DNA of 64,000 nucleotides from Thalia democratica (Eukaryota): NCBI GenBank assembly GCA_965202585.1, contig OZ241831.1, positions 31,372,001 to 31,436,000 of the forward strand, read 5' to 3'. Shown piece by piece: positions 53,291 to 64,000 of this stretch (position 1 is its first letter; each line of letters starts with the position of its first letter). The notes under the pieces were generated by a model. It saw only the letters and a program-made list of their open reading frames with translations, ran no database searches and was not told where the DNA came from. The position numbers and the translations under genes were made by a program.

Positions 53291-54666
53291 GTTTTAGTTT
53301 TAGCGACACTTGAAAAATCTTTTGGTTTTAGTTACACTGGAGAAAATTTAACTTATATTCACTTTAATATTATAAATGATTTTCAGCTACACATAGAATG
53401 CCTATTCTAAATATAAGTATTTATTAGAAAAAAAATTATCTTGACTAATATACTTAATTGTTAATAAACTATGTACTTCCTTAAACACTTAATAAGTTTA
53501 ACTTAATATTTTTGTAACTTTACTTACAACCTAACTCTCTACAAAACCGAGCTTGAAAAACATTTGTTGGTCACTTTTATACATTTTTAATATTAGTAAC
53601 CATTTTTTCATATTTCTAAAAATATTTAATTTAAAAATAACTTTAAATAGTTTACACTTTTAAAAAATTTAGTAAATAGTTAACTAAATAAAATTAAAAT
53701 CTATTCGTATTATAGAAAGCTAAAAAAATTCTATAACATAGTTAAATACGATTACTTTAATAAAATACCTTATTAATAATTAATTAGCTTTTTTACATGG
53801 TTGCCACAAAAATCTCTGAATTATATAAAACCAGCCTAAGTTTATAAACAGTTCAAAAAGCAAAAAAATACTATTAATCAAGCTTAAATACCTAAGTAAA
53901 TTATCAATTTTATAAAAAAGTACAAAATATGTAAGAAAACAAGAAAAAATTACAATTACTAAACTACACTACAGTCATAAAAGCTATTCTGAGAATACGA
54001 AGAATTATTCAAAGTGTTTAAAATAAAAGTTTCAAACAAACCTTAGTTTTTTTAAACTGTATTAAACAGGTTTAATGAAGTCTAAGTTTTTTGATTTTTT
54101 AAACTAGCCTGTTTGTTTGGCAACCCTGTTTAAAATAAAGTTCACAAAACAAATAAAATAACGAAGTTCTTTAACAGTAAATTAAATATATAGCAAAAAA
54201 AAAATTATAAATCAGCTGAATGGACAATTAAGTTTTTTAAACATATTTAGCAAAAGTATAAAAGTTTATTAAGTCATTAATGAAGTAGAAAAACTTATTT
54301 TTTATTAAGCATTATACCAATTCTTTATCTACACTAAAAATATTGCATTTAAAAAGAGTAAATGTGAAATAAACAACGAGCTATAAAAGTTAAACAAAAT
54401 TAGTTAGCAGTTATTGCGAGAAACGAAAAGAAACATTACCAATGTCAGTTCCAACAGAGCACATAATTATCTTAAGTAAGTATAGACTGATCAGAAAACC
54501 TTGTTAAGGCAAGTTATAAAGTAGCAAAATATTACTAAAACGAAGATACCGTTAATAATTTTAATTTTTTTCTTAAGAATTTATTTTGTATATAATACTT
54601 TGATAAACTTTTTATAAATCTGTATGGATAACACAAACATTGTTTGTTATACTTTTGTGACACGAC

Positions 54667-56175
54667 TAGTGATCTACCGGAACAAAGATCCGGATTCTAA
54701 TTAATAAAAAAGATCCATATCCGGCCGGATCCTAGCTGAGATTTGGCCGGATCCGAATCCACTTAGTTGGGAAAGACTTTGTTTGGATTATTTTTTAGAC
54801 ATCATAGCTTTCTGTAACAGCGCATTAGTTAAATGAAAGCTTTGAGTACAAACACCGAGCTATGCTCTGTATAGAAATAGAAGGTTCTCACACTGGCTAT
54901 AATATTTGTGAAAACATAAAAGAGATGTTGAAAACTGAGGTATTGTATGAATCGCATTCACGTTTCTCTGCGCGACAATGCATCTAGCATGAAGGCTGGT
55001 ATTTCGTTATTAGAATCCTCTTCAGCACCCTGTTTCATTCACACGCTTTAACTGATTATTAAAGAGTCTCTGTTTTCTTAGAATTACATATATGTGTATT
55101 AATAGACAAGGCCCGTTTAATTGTTGTCCATTTAAATCATTCTACTACAGCGTCAGAGAAACTAAAAAAATCTAGGTCACTTTAGTTTCATCAGCGTCAA
55201 TGTAATAGTTTTGCTTCTTGTGCAATATGTTGAAACAAGGTGAACAAACCTTACTGGAGCTGGAAAGACTAGAACAGTTAAAAACGAAAGTCAAAAACTG
55301 CGTGGCTAGCAACAAATTTTAACCCAAAAATACTCATACAGCTGATGTATGGAAACTTGTTAACCTCCCTAATAAACTGCTCGAACCTTTTTACATAGTA
55401 ACGCAGTAGTGTAGCAAAATCAAAGCATTGCTGTCAAGTGTAATCCCGCATGCAGCAGTACTAATTTCTTTTTAATCATAAAGCTAATAGTCCACCAGGT
55501 CAAATTAGTTCTACAATCTTAGCAACCTTGGCAGAAAAAATCGAAGAGGCTTTCGAAAGAAGATTTTAAACTAATAATAACAGCATATGAATAAACCTTC
55601 ACGATAAAGACTTGTTTTTACTCACAATAGCTGTGGATCTACGGTATCGACTCGACTTTTCCGTGCTAATCTCAAAAAGAAGGTTATAAGGCTTCTGAAA
55701 TCAATAGTGAAAATTCTAAGTTGTCGTCAGACTGGTCTAGGTGGTAAAGTTCCTCTAGTACCGCCTAATAAACCTAAAGCTCAATTACTTTTAAGTGATG
55801 TTCCCAAAAAAATGTTGTCGTTCAAATTCTACATTTAAGTCGAAAACAATGTAAACACTCACAAAAGTGAGCAACAAGATTCAATTGATCAAGAGATTAA
55901 GACAGAAATTAAGTTTTTTTTTTGACTGAATTAAGATTATCTGCTGAAGAAGTTAAAGAAGCTGAAGTATTGATTCGGTGGAACTAAAACAAGAAAAGTA
56001 TACACATCTTGCCAGGTTTGCCAGAAGATATCTTTCAGCACTACCATCTTCTGTTTATTCTAAAAGGTTATTTTTAGAAGCTGGTAACTTGTACGAACAA
56101 AACCGAAATCGATTGCTTCATAACACGGGCGAAAAACTTTTATTTCTTCATCACAACTTAAACAAACAAGAATAG
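54667..56175 (+). mobile_element. Decayed hAT transposon (Ac/ZBED-like): left terminus and transposase pseudogene
   Basis: TAGTGATC terminus with CCGGATCC-type subterminal repeats (54667-54760). Fragmentary motifs: HTGYNICENIKEML (54889), LRDNASSMKAG (54968), CFIHTL* (55031), VETR* (about 55230), and a C-terminal dimerisation domain LARFARRYLSALPSSVYSKRLF...EKLLFLHHNL (55978-56175). The catalytic SERLF Glu is changed to Lys. Confidence 0.88.
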
Positions 56176-56442
56176 GTTTCTTTGTAATAAAATGGAGTTG
56201 ATAAGAGTAAATGTTAATAACTAAATTATTTACTTTTATATATGTAAACAGTTGCCAAAGACGTTATTGTTCATCTTACAGTTTTTTAACATTTAATTTC
56301 TTTTTCTTCTACGTCATATAAGGTACAAATTTCAAGTTTAGTTGTATAAGTAGCTTGAAATTAAACACTTAAATTGATCTAAATAAATTAAAATAAAAAA
56401 AAAAAGAATTAATACAGAAATTATGATATTTTTTTATTTAAT

Positions 56443-56566
56443 CTGCGCAAAAATGTCTCCGTACAAAGTTGTCTTCGGGCAAAAGTATCTTTGTGCAATT
56501 TTGTGCACTCGTTCAATTTTGTCCCCTCGTGCAATTTTGTATGTTCGTGCAAATTAGACAGCTACC
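56443..56566. repeat. Probable MITE terminus with GTGCAATTTTGT subterminal repeats, ending in GCTACCC
   Basis: Three to four imperfect GTGCAATTTTGT copies in about 70 bp, followed by an abrupt change in composition. Confidence 0.45.
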
Positions 56567-56689
56567 CACCTAAAGCATCAATGGCAAAAGCTTTTAAAAA
56601 AATAAAGTAAATAAAAGTGAATTAATACTTATTTTAAGATGAAACAATTACGTCCACCAGAGCTGCTTAATTGAATGGATTGAGAGCAA

Positions 56690-57330
56690 ATACATTTACA
56701 AAGATCTAAATGCACCTTAAAACAGTTAAAGCATTTTCAGGAGTGTCTCCAAAAATACAAAATGAAATTTTGTTATGTGCCTTTGAAGTTTACAGGAAGG
56801 AAATTAAATCTCAAGTCCGCAGGCTAACTTTATAGCAGTAATTGCGGACGAAACAACAGATGTGAGCGTGAAAAACCAATTGTCTGTAGTGATAAAATAT
56901 ATCAACAATGACAGTGTCGTTAAGGGTTTTTGGGTTTTTTTTAGCCAATAAGAGTAAATGCAGGAGGTATTTGAGAAGTTATTTTAAATGAGCTGGAGAA
57001 AATACTGCAGGGTGACAAAAAAGAAATTCTTAGACTTATGACGGTGCTCCAGTCATGAGGGGAAGAATAGGAGGGGTTAATGTGAAAGTAAAGGAAGTGT
57101 ATGAAAACGCTTATTACGTACATTGTGCTGCTCATCAGCTAAATTTAGTGCTTTTGATGGCTGCTAATCGCAAACGTGAGGCAAAACCTTTTTTTTTGCT
57201 AAATTAGATCAGATTTCTACTTTTTTTCTAAGTCACTAGAAAGAAGACGTGTAGTTGAAGTGAATGTTCCTTCTGGATGCGAAACTAGATGGAACTACAA
57301 CTCCAGAACCGTTGCAAAGTTGCAGAAATA
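56690..57330 (+). mobile_element. Second decayed hAT transposase fragment (DUF4371/ZMYM1-like type)
   Basis: FSGVSPKIQNEIL, IADETTDVSVKNQLSVVIKY (D at 56847), YDGAPVMRG (57037), VHCAAHQLNLV (57121) and CETRWN (57281), separated by several frameshifts. Confidence 0.88.
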
Positions 57331-58411
57331 AAAAACGAGTTACTTACAGGATTTGAATATTTTGTTAGTAACACTGACAGTTACGGATATTCCACCTGGG
57401 GCGTGTTTTGATGGTTTCCTGTTTCCTGTGAACCCCCTGAAAAAAAACGTAATTAAAAAAGAAAAAAAGATTCAAAAACGTTGTTTATTGGCTTTGTTTT
57501 GGTTATTTGATAAACTTTGAATAATGAATGTTTAATTTATAACACTGAAAGATTATAAGTTTCCGTAACAAAAAATGCTCGTTTTTGCCCAGTTGAAATA
57601 TATTTTACATAAAACTTTAATCGTGACGTGATAATAGGTAAAAGTTTTAAAGTAGAATTTTTTTTCTTAAGAACTTTTTACTAAGATGCTCTTAGTTCCC
57701 ATTATAAATTGTTTCTTAGTGTAAACAACTTTTAATTAACTATTGTACAATTTTAATTAAAAAACGTCCAATATAATCTTTAAAGTTTTATTTTACTTAA
57801 TTTATTATATATAGTAATGTTGTGTAAGGCTTTTAAACCTTGAAAAGTTCAATTCAGAGAGTTTTCAAAATCATCTTTAGACCAATACACCACATTGCAA
57901 TTATTTCTTTTATCATTTAATGGTATTCTAATATTTCTAATTTATTTTATTTTTGTATATATGTTGGCCAAAAATTTGATTTTTGAATTTTTGAAATTTT
58001 CAACTCAGAGAGATTTCAAAACCACCATTAGAATCCCTGCACCATCAGGTAAACATTTAGTTATAATTTAAAGATATTTTTATTTAATTCTATAAGTCTA
58101 AAAAATTTTTTTAGTGAAGTTTAAATTTTTATAGATTAAGTTAATTGAAAAAATAAAGTTTTTTTATAAATAGATATACAAATGTAAAGAGTTTAAAATT
58201 TAAAAGAAAAATTTGTAAGAACTCTATTTATACTAACATTTTTATCAAAATTTGTAAGTTCATAACTTTTTTCTGGTTCTTTTAGTTTTAATTAATCTAA
58301 AATTAATACAGTATAAAAAAAAAAATAATATTAATCTATAACTACTTGTATGTTTTTTAATTTCTAAGCAGAAAAAAAGCATTTTAAACATATAGTTTTT
58401 CGGTTAGTTAT

Positions 58412-58516
58412 TGTGTACTTAACTGGCAGTGCATATTTAAGAAGTGCGTACTTAGCGGCAAACTAAGAACAAAAAAATTGTGAACCCCCTTTGAAAAAAG
58501 TCTAGACTTGTCCCTG
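58412..58516. repeat. Dispersed repeat, copy 2 (probable hAT MITE terminus)
   Basis: Matches 48886-48990; ends in CCCTG followed by TTATAGAC (nTnTAnAn). Confidence 0.7.
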
Positions 58517-58788
58517 TTATAGACCTTTTAGTTATAACGACAGTAGACCTGAACCCAATAATAATACTAGGTCAGAAATAATAATAGGTCATAAAACTTA
58601 CTAAGTTATTGTTATAGCCATAGGTCACATTGGTATAACACTATTACAGGTGGTTACAGTCGCCTAAATAACAGTAAGTCACATCGTTATGACACTAGGT
58701 CAGATGTTTATAATGACAATAGTTCTCTCAGTTATAATGACCTTAGGTCAAATCGATATACTAATATTAGGTCAGATGGTTATAACAT
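58517..58788. repeat. Degenerate minisatellite/foldback of TAGGTCA...GTTATAA units
   Basis: Six TAGGTCA cores (58568, 58585, 58621, 58696, 58744, 58768) and inverted GACCT/GTTATAAC copies at the left end. Confidence 0.6.
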
Positions 58789-61700
58789 GTATAAAAACTT
58801 CATAGTTTTAACAAAACAACTAGTCACTTCTAAAAAAATAAATTCATAACTAACTACTAACACTAAAAAAATCGCGATTGAATACTTTTATTTTTTTTTT
58901 TTGATTAATGTTTTCATTACGGTGCAAAGTTTGTAAACAATAACTTGTCTAGTAATTTTTCTACAATATAGAGTTTTCGGTCTATCACACTAAACCCAAT
59001 TTTATTTCAAGAGTTTTGTTATTATTGCTAAAATTTATATTTTTACCACAAGCAGAACAATTGTATTGTAAATAAACAATGTAAATATGTTTTATGGTTT
59101 ATTTAAGTACTTTTATAAATTACTCAAATAGGAGCTTAAAACGAAACTGTAATGTATTATTACAGCGCATAACAGAAGTCAGTTTAAAACTTAGTTGCGT
59201 TTTCGGTGGAATTTATTAAACCCAGTAAGTTGAAAGACTATTTATCTAGATGCAAATAGTTGATGAAAACTGTTAGGAACTTTATGAAAGTTTTATAACA
59301 TATTTAAAAACTTCTAATAAAAACGTTTGCATCTATGAAAATACTTAATAACAGTTTTAAATTAAGCTCAATGCCTTCTTACAAGTTTATCATAATTTTC
59401 TAAAATTTATTACAAACTTTTGATCTCTATTTTTGAGTTAAATATCGTATCAAAAATAAAATCGTAAAATATTCGAAGTTTTATTATTATCCTTATCATT
59501 AAGTGGAAACCTTTAATTGTTATCCATAAATACTTCTAACATGCACAAACTTTTTTAGCTTTCAGTGTATAACTGTTCTCCCACTAAAAGCTGCATGACG
59601 AACTGAAGGCAAATGTCCACCAGAATATTGGATGTTCAAACTGGATGTGTTGTTCGGATCAGTGTCAGTCTACGTTAAAGTCTTGAGAGAGCCTTTTTTA
59701 CAATAACATTTGTGAATTTTGGCGGACAAAGTTTAGGCCTACCTTTTGCAAGTCTTGGATAAGGTAACTTTTACGACTTTCGATTACAATAACTAAAGGC
59801 TTCTCATTACTTATTTTATAAAATCTTCACGTCAAAAACAAGTGTATACAATTTTTTTTAAATCAAGTTTCTATTTTTAGTATATATATATTGTTATACA
59901 AGTTGTGCCAAGTAAGATAATATATACATATATATATGTTTGTATATACATATTTATATATAGAAAATAATATGATTATATAAACTGAAACACTTCCCAT
60001 AGAGCTCACTTAAAGGGTTTTTAAATAATTTATGAAGAAAATTCGACATTTAAAATAACAACACATATGTTTCAAAAAAATAGAATTTTTTTTAATTCTC
60101 ATCAGCTCTATGTACGAAATGAATTGCGCTTTGCTAAACAATAATACAGAAGATCTACAAAAAAAATAAAAAACATTTAGTATTGAGTATTGTAAAGTAT
60201 AAACATTCAGTGCAAAAATTAGTCTCCCATCTGAACAAACAACTAAAGTTCACATAACTGCAAGTAAGTGACTTGAAATAATAGTTTGAACTAACCATTA
60301 AAGTTTTTTAAATTTTATGTTTTTGCTGTTTTTTTTTCGACATATTTAAAATCAGAATCTAAGCATACCCTTGAAAGTTACTTGTTTTTATATGATTATA
60401 AACTTTTAATGGTATAAGTAAAACTTGTAATTTTTAAATTAATTTATACTTATAGCTTATACTTGATTATAAATAAGTTAAACAAAAAAAGGTATTAAAA
60501 AACAATCGGTTATAAAACTTATATCATAGTTGTTATAAACATTACTAAATTTTCTTAAAAGAATGTACAGCAAAATGTTCTATTGAAGTTTAAATAAAGT
60601 ATTAAAAAGTGCTTATAATAGTATATATTTTGTTTTTTATTCATTAAAACAATTTTAAGTACGTAACAGAAAGTTATTATCACAAATTTTAACAAGATAT
60701 AATTTTATTTATGAATAGAAAAATTTTAAACCAATAAATAACACAGTGTTGCACAAACTACTAAAGAATTATAACTATTGTTTATTAAACGACAAAAATA
60801 ACGCTGAAAATACTTGGTTCTAGGATCTGGTGCAAGAAAAAACCTTTGGTTATCTGGTCGCAAACCACTTGGATACCTATTAACGTCTTGTCCAGGACTA
60901 ACCTAATTAGACGAACTTTTTCGATATATTCAGATCAAAGTAATGTATTAAAATTATCAAAAGATTTTTTTTTCTTTATTTAATAACGTGGTTTTATTGT
61001 CAAAACTATTGTAAGTTGTATTGTTGATATCGTTGTTCCTGCTAGTTCTTTTAAACTTTTTAAATGTCTAGAGCTTTAAAAGCAATAATATTAGTTTAAA
61101 ATCCATGAGATAGTCATTGTTTAATTACGTAAAACACCCGGAAATTCAAAAAAGTTCTGTGCAATTGTATAAGAAACATGGAACAAAAAGTTATCCTAAA
61201 ACTTATGTCAAATTTGGATAGCCGACTGAACAATTTTGCTAATTTTCTCTTTTTTTTGTACTTGTAAAGTAGCATTATTTAAAACATTATTCCTTTATCT
61301 GCTAGTTAAATAACTTATAAAAGTTTAGTGGTTCACGAACTTGTTTGTAAAATAATCTTCTAATTTTTAAATTATATTTACTAGATTATACTTAGATGCA
61401 AGTTGATAATTTCTTAAACTTTGTTTGTTTACATAACATGTTTTTAACACTTCTTAACAACTTTATTATATTCTTTAATTACAATAAAAACGAACTCAAA
61501 ACTACTAGTTATGTTTAAAAATGTGTAAACCTACATACTGTTTATTAATTCTTTTAAAGTTTTTCATTATGACTAGATTTTTAATGTTTTAATAACAATT
61601 TATATTGTTAGATAAGTAGTCTTTTAACTAATGATTTCATAAGCACATCTTAAAATACAATTAAAAGAAAACGCTTAAAACATAAGTGAAATAAACATTA

Positions 61701-63376
61701 ATTTAAAATAAGTCTAATGACAAAACTAAGTTACTTTTGTTATACATTAAATTTTTGTTTAATAAGTAGACTTAATAGCAAAAGTTAATTTTAATAAAGT
61801 TGTTCAGTTTTGTTAGATAAACTTATAGTTTATTTGAAAAGGCTCACTTCGGTGTTTTACTACTTTGTTTGTTGTAATATATTATTTAAATTTAGTGTAC
61901 TATCAGAATAAAAATTATATTACTGTTTTTAAGTTAAACGTTTTTAGCTTTTTATATTATTCAGTTAAAAAACTTATTATGATTCAGTTAATAAAGTTTT
62001 ATTTAAAAAATTAATCACTCTACTCAATTATTAGAACCATTAAATAAAAAAAAAACTTAAATTATAGCAAAAGCGTAAGTTTTGCAGATTTTTTAATTTT
62101 ATTACTTAAAAACTCAAACAAAAGTTTTGAAATAAGCAAGTTTAAAACTGTTTTATGGTCACTTAGTTCTAAACTGTTTGTTGCACTCAAAACTTGCTGA
62201 CGTACGTGTTAATGATTGAATACTAGCAGAAGTACCACCTTGGACAACGTAGTTTTAGATAATTTCAAGCACAATGGAAAATCAACTTTGATATAAATTA
62301 CAGAGCACCGTTTTCACGCAAGCCATTAGATTTTGGATTTTCTTTGAAAAGGAAGATGCGAGTGAAGATACGAAAAACAGAAGAATGCAAAACCATTTAA
62401 CGACATTGGACTCTTGTATTATTGTTGTGTTTACTGGCGAGACAGAAAAAGAAAAACTTTTTGTTTTCGAATAATCAAGAGATTTAAACTATAACTTTCA
62501 AATAATTTAGTTTTAGTATTTTTTTTAAACTTTTTATTATAAAATAAATTTTATTTATTAATGCAACTATGTAGAACGTTGGAAATCAATAAATACGTTG
62601 TCATAATCAAGCATATTTTTGATACAAAGTAGTTATCCTTTACATGACCTTTCAGATCGTTAAAATAATTTTTTCTCGAAAATTTTTTTCCTCAAAAGTG
62701 TTAACTTTTTTGGTTTTATTGTCCAGAGGTTGTAGTTAATCTATACCTATTTAGTAGTAGTACACAGTATGATCTACATAGAGTTTTCTAAATTCTGCTT
62801 CAAATATAGCAGAGAATAAATTCATTTTCAAAAACAACTAAAGTTTGTTAATGTGTTTAAATAAAAAAATAGCTTATATAAATGAGTTAAACTTTTTTTT
62901 TTATAATCTTAAACTAAAAAAATTTCTGAATTTTTAAAAGCTCAATGTATATACTTTTAACTCACAGTATTAATGGTTACTAAATGAAACATTTAAGTGA
63001 TAACAATTTAAATACTACTTTTGAATTTAAATTTTAACCAAGTTTTGTTTTATATCTGTTCAGCATATTTTTAGTTTTAATATAAAGTCTCTTAAAAGAT
63101 TTTAAATAACTCACATAGAGTATAAAAAATAAACTGACTTTCACTTATATCGCTATAAGCTTGTATTTTAAAAAGATAGTCAGTACTGTCTAAACTAGAC
63201 CTAATTTTTATAAACAATATAAAATAAACAAAAATTTCAAAACTGCATGATTTCAATGAAAAACTATTTTATATCCGTTAAGGTATTTATATTTATTTGG
63301 TAAATAAACTAATTTTAATTTCAAATCTACGAGTTATAAATTAGTGAGATAAAAGAAAAATAAGATAAGATTGTTA

Positions 63377-63502
63377 TCAAACTCTGTACCAAGATTTCTT
63401 ACAAAAGGCTGGATTGTTAAAATATTGAACGCAAAAGAAACCTTCAGGGCATACCAAATCCTTACAGCCATCTGCATAAATCATAATTGTAAAAACTAAA
63501 GC
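63377..63502 (-). CDS. Short Cys-rich exon or ORF with follistatin-N-like (FOLN) spacing: ALVFTIMIYADGCKDLVCPEGFFCVQYFNNPAFCKKSWYRV*
   Basis: C-x4-C-x5-C-x9-C preceded by a hydrophobic, signal-like stretch. ATG at 63484 gives 35 aa. Not in the ORF track. Confidence 0.5.
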   Translation of the reverse strand, partial: ALVFTIMIYADGCKDLVCPEGFFCVQYFNNPAFCKKSWYRV

Positions 63503-64000
63503 TTAATAATTAAAATCTTAGGTCTTCTAACAAAAAACCTTTAATAATAATTCAACTGGTTTGATTTTTTGATCTTCACATAACTTATTAGATCGTAAAT
63601 AAAATAGGTATTGATAAATTAATTTTTTATAACAGGCTAAACTGTTTTGATAGATAAAAATATAAAATACAATATTTACAACTTAAATTTTTAAAGTTAA
63701 GTTATTACTCAAAATACAGATTACAAAAACATCAGAACAAAACTATTTTCTTACATTTTTCAAAAATTCTAACATTTTTTATCGAGGCACTGGCTATAAT
63801 CAAGTTTTAATTTACAACAAATGTAGTTGTAACATACCTTTTGTAGGATAGAAATGAAGTGTTTTTAAAAAGTTAAAGTAAATACTTACAAAAAGAAGTT
63901 GATTAACTACTAAATAAGTTCTGATGTAACAAACAATTTATTTGTTATTATAAGAAAGATAGTATTTTTTTTTTAATTTATGAATATTGCTTAAGCGTTA

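Noticed and set aside
56548-56559. TGCAAATTAGAC matching the H3 promoter
   Set aside because: It is a variant of the local GTGCAATTTTGT subterminal repeat and has no promoter context.
59560-62480. GC-richer patches at about 59560-59790, 60820-60960 and 62180-62480
   Set aside because: Hand translation gave only short stop-interrupted frames with no motif I could name; they may be exons or TE debris, but the sequence alone does not support a call.

Overview
AT-rich animal genomic DNA. Bases 1-46006 are the right-hand end of a replication-dependent histone tandem array. The unit is about 7.2 kb, with order H1-H3-H4-H2A-H2B, all on the + strand and intronless. Each gene ends in a GGTCCT-TTTN-AGGRCC stem-loop, and a non-coding spacer of about 4.4 kb separates the gene blocks. 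The window holds six full periods (starts 1, 7195, 14390, 21558, 28752, 35933) and a seventh, truncated, more diverged edge copy (43096-46006) that stops after H3. The most striking feature is that 3 of the 6 H2A copies carry deletions at one site: a 27-bp in-frame loss in unit 3 and a 14-bp microhomology-flanked frameshift in units 5 and 6. The two deletions can share one right breakpoint. No other core histone in a full unit has a lesion that I could find. All four core-histone promoters share an identical 12-bp extended octamer (TATGCAAATTAG) plus a CGCG element; this block is inverted in the H2B promoter. The edge unit keeps an 86-bp spacer segment that the other units replace with 14 bp, next to a sequence resembling the nematode SL1 leader/donor junction. 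Bases 46007-64000 are unique flank: a C-type-lectin-domain type I membrane protein gene, a cluster of dead hAT transposons and MITE ends, and a short follistatin-N-like Cys-rich ORF on the - strand that is below the ORF-track cutoff. I could not assign the species. All alignments, counts and chance estimates were done by eye.
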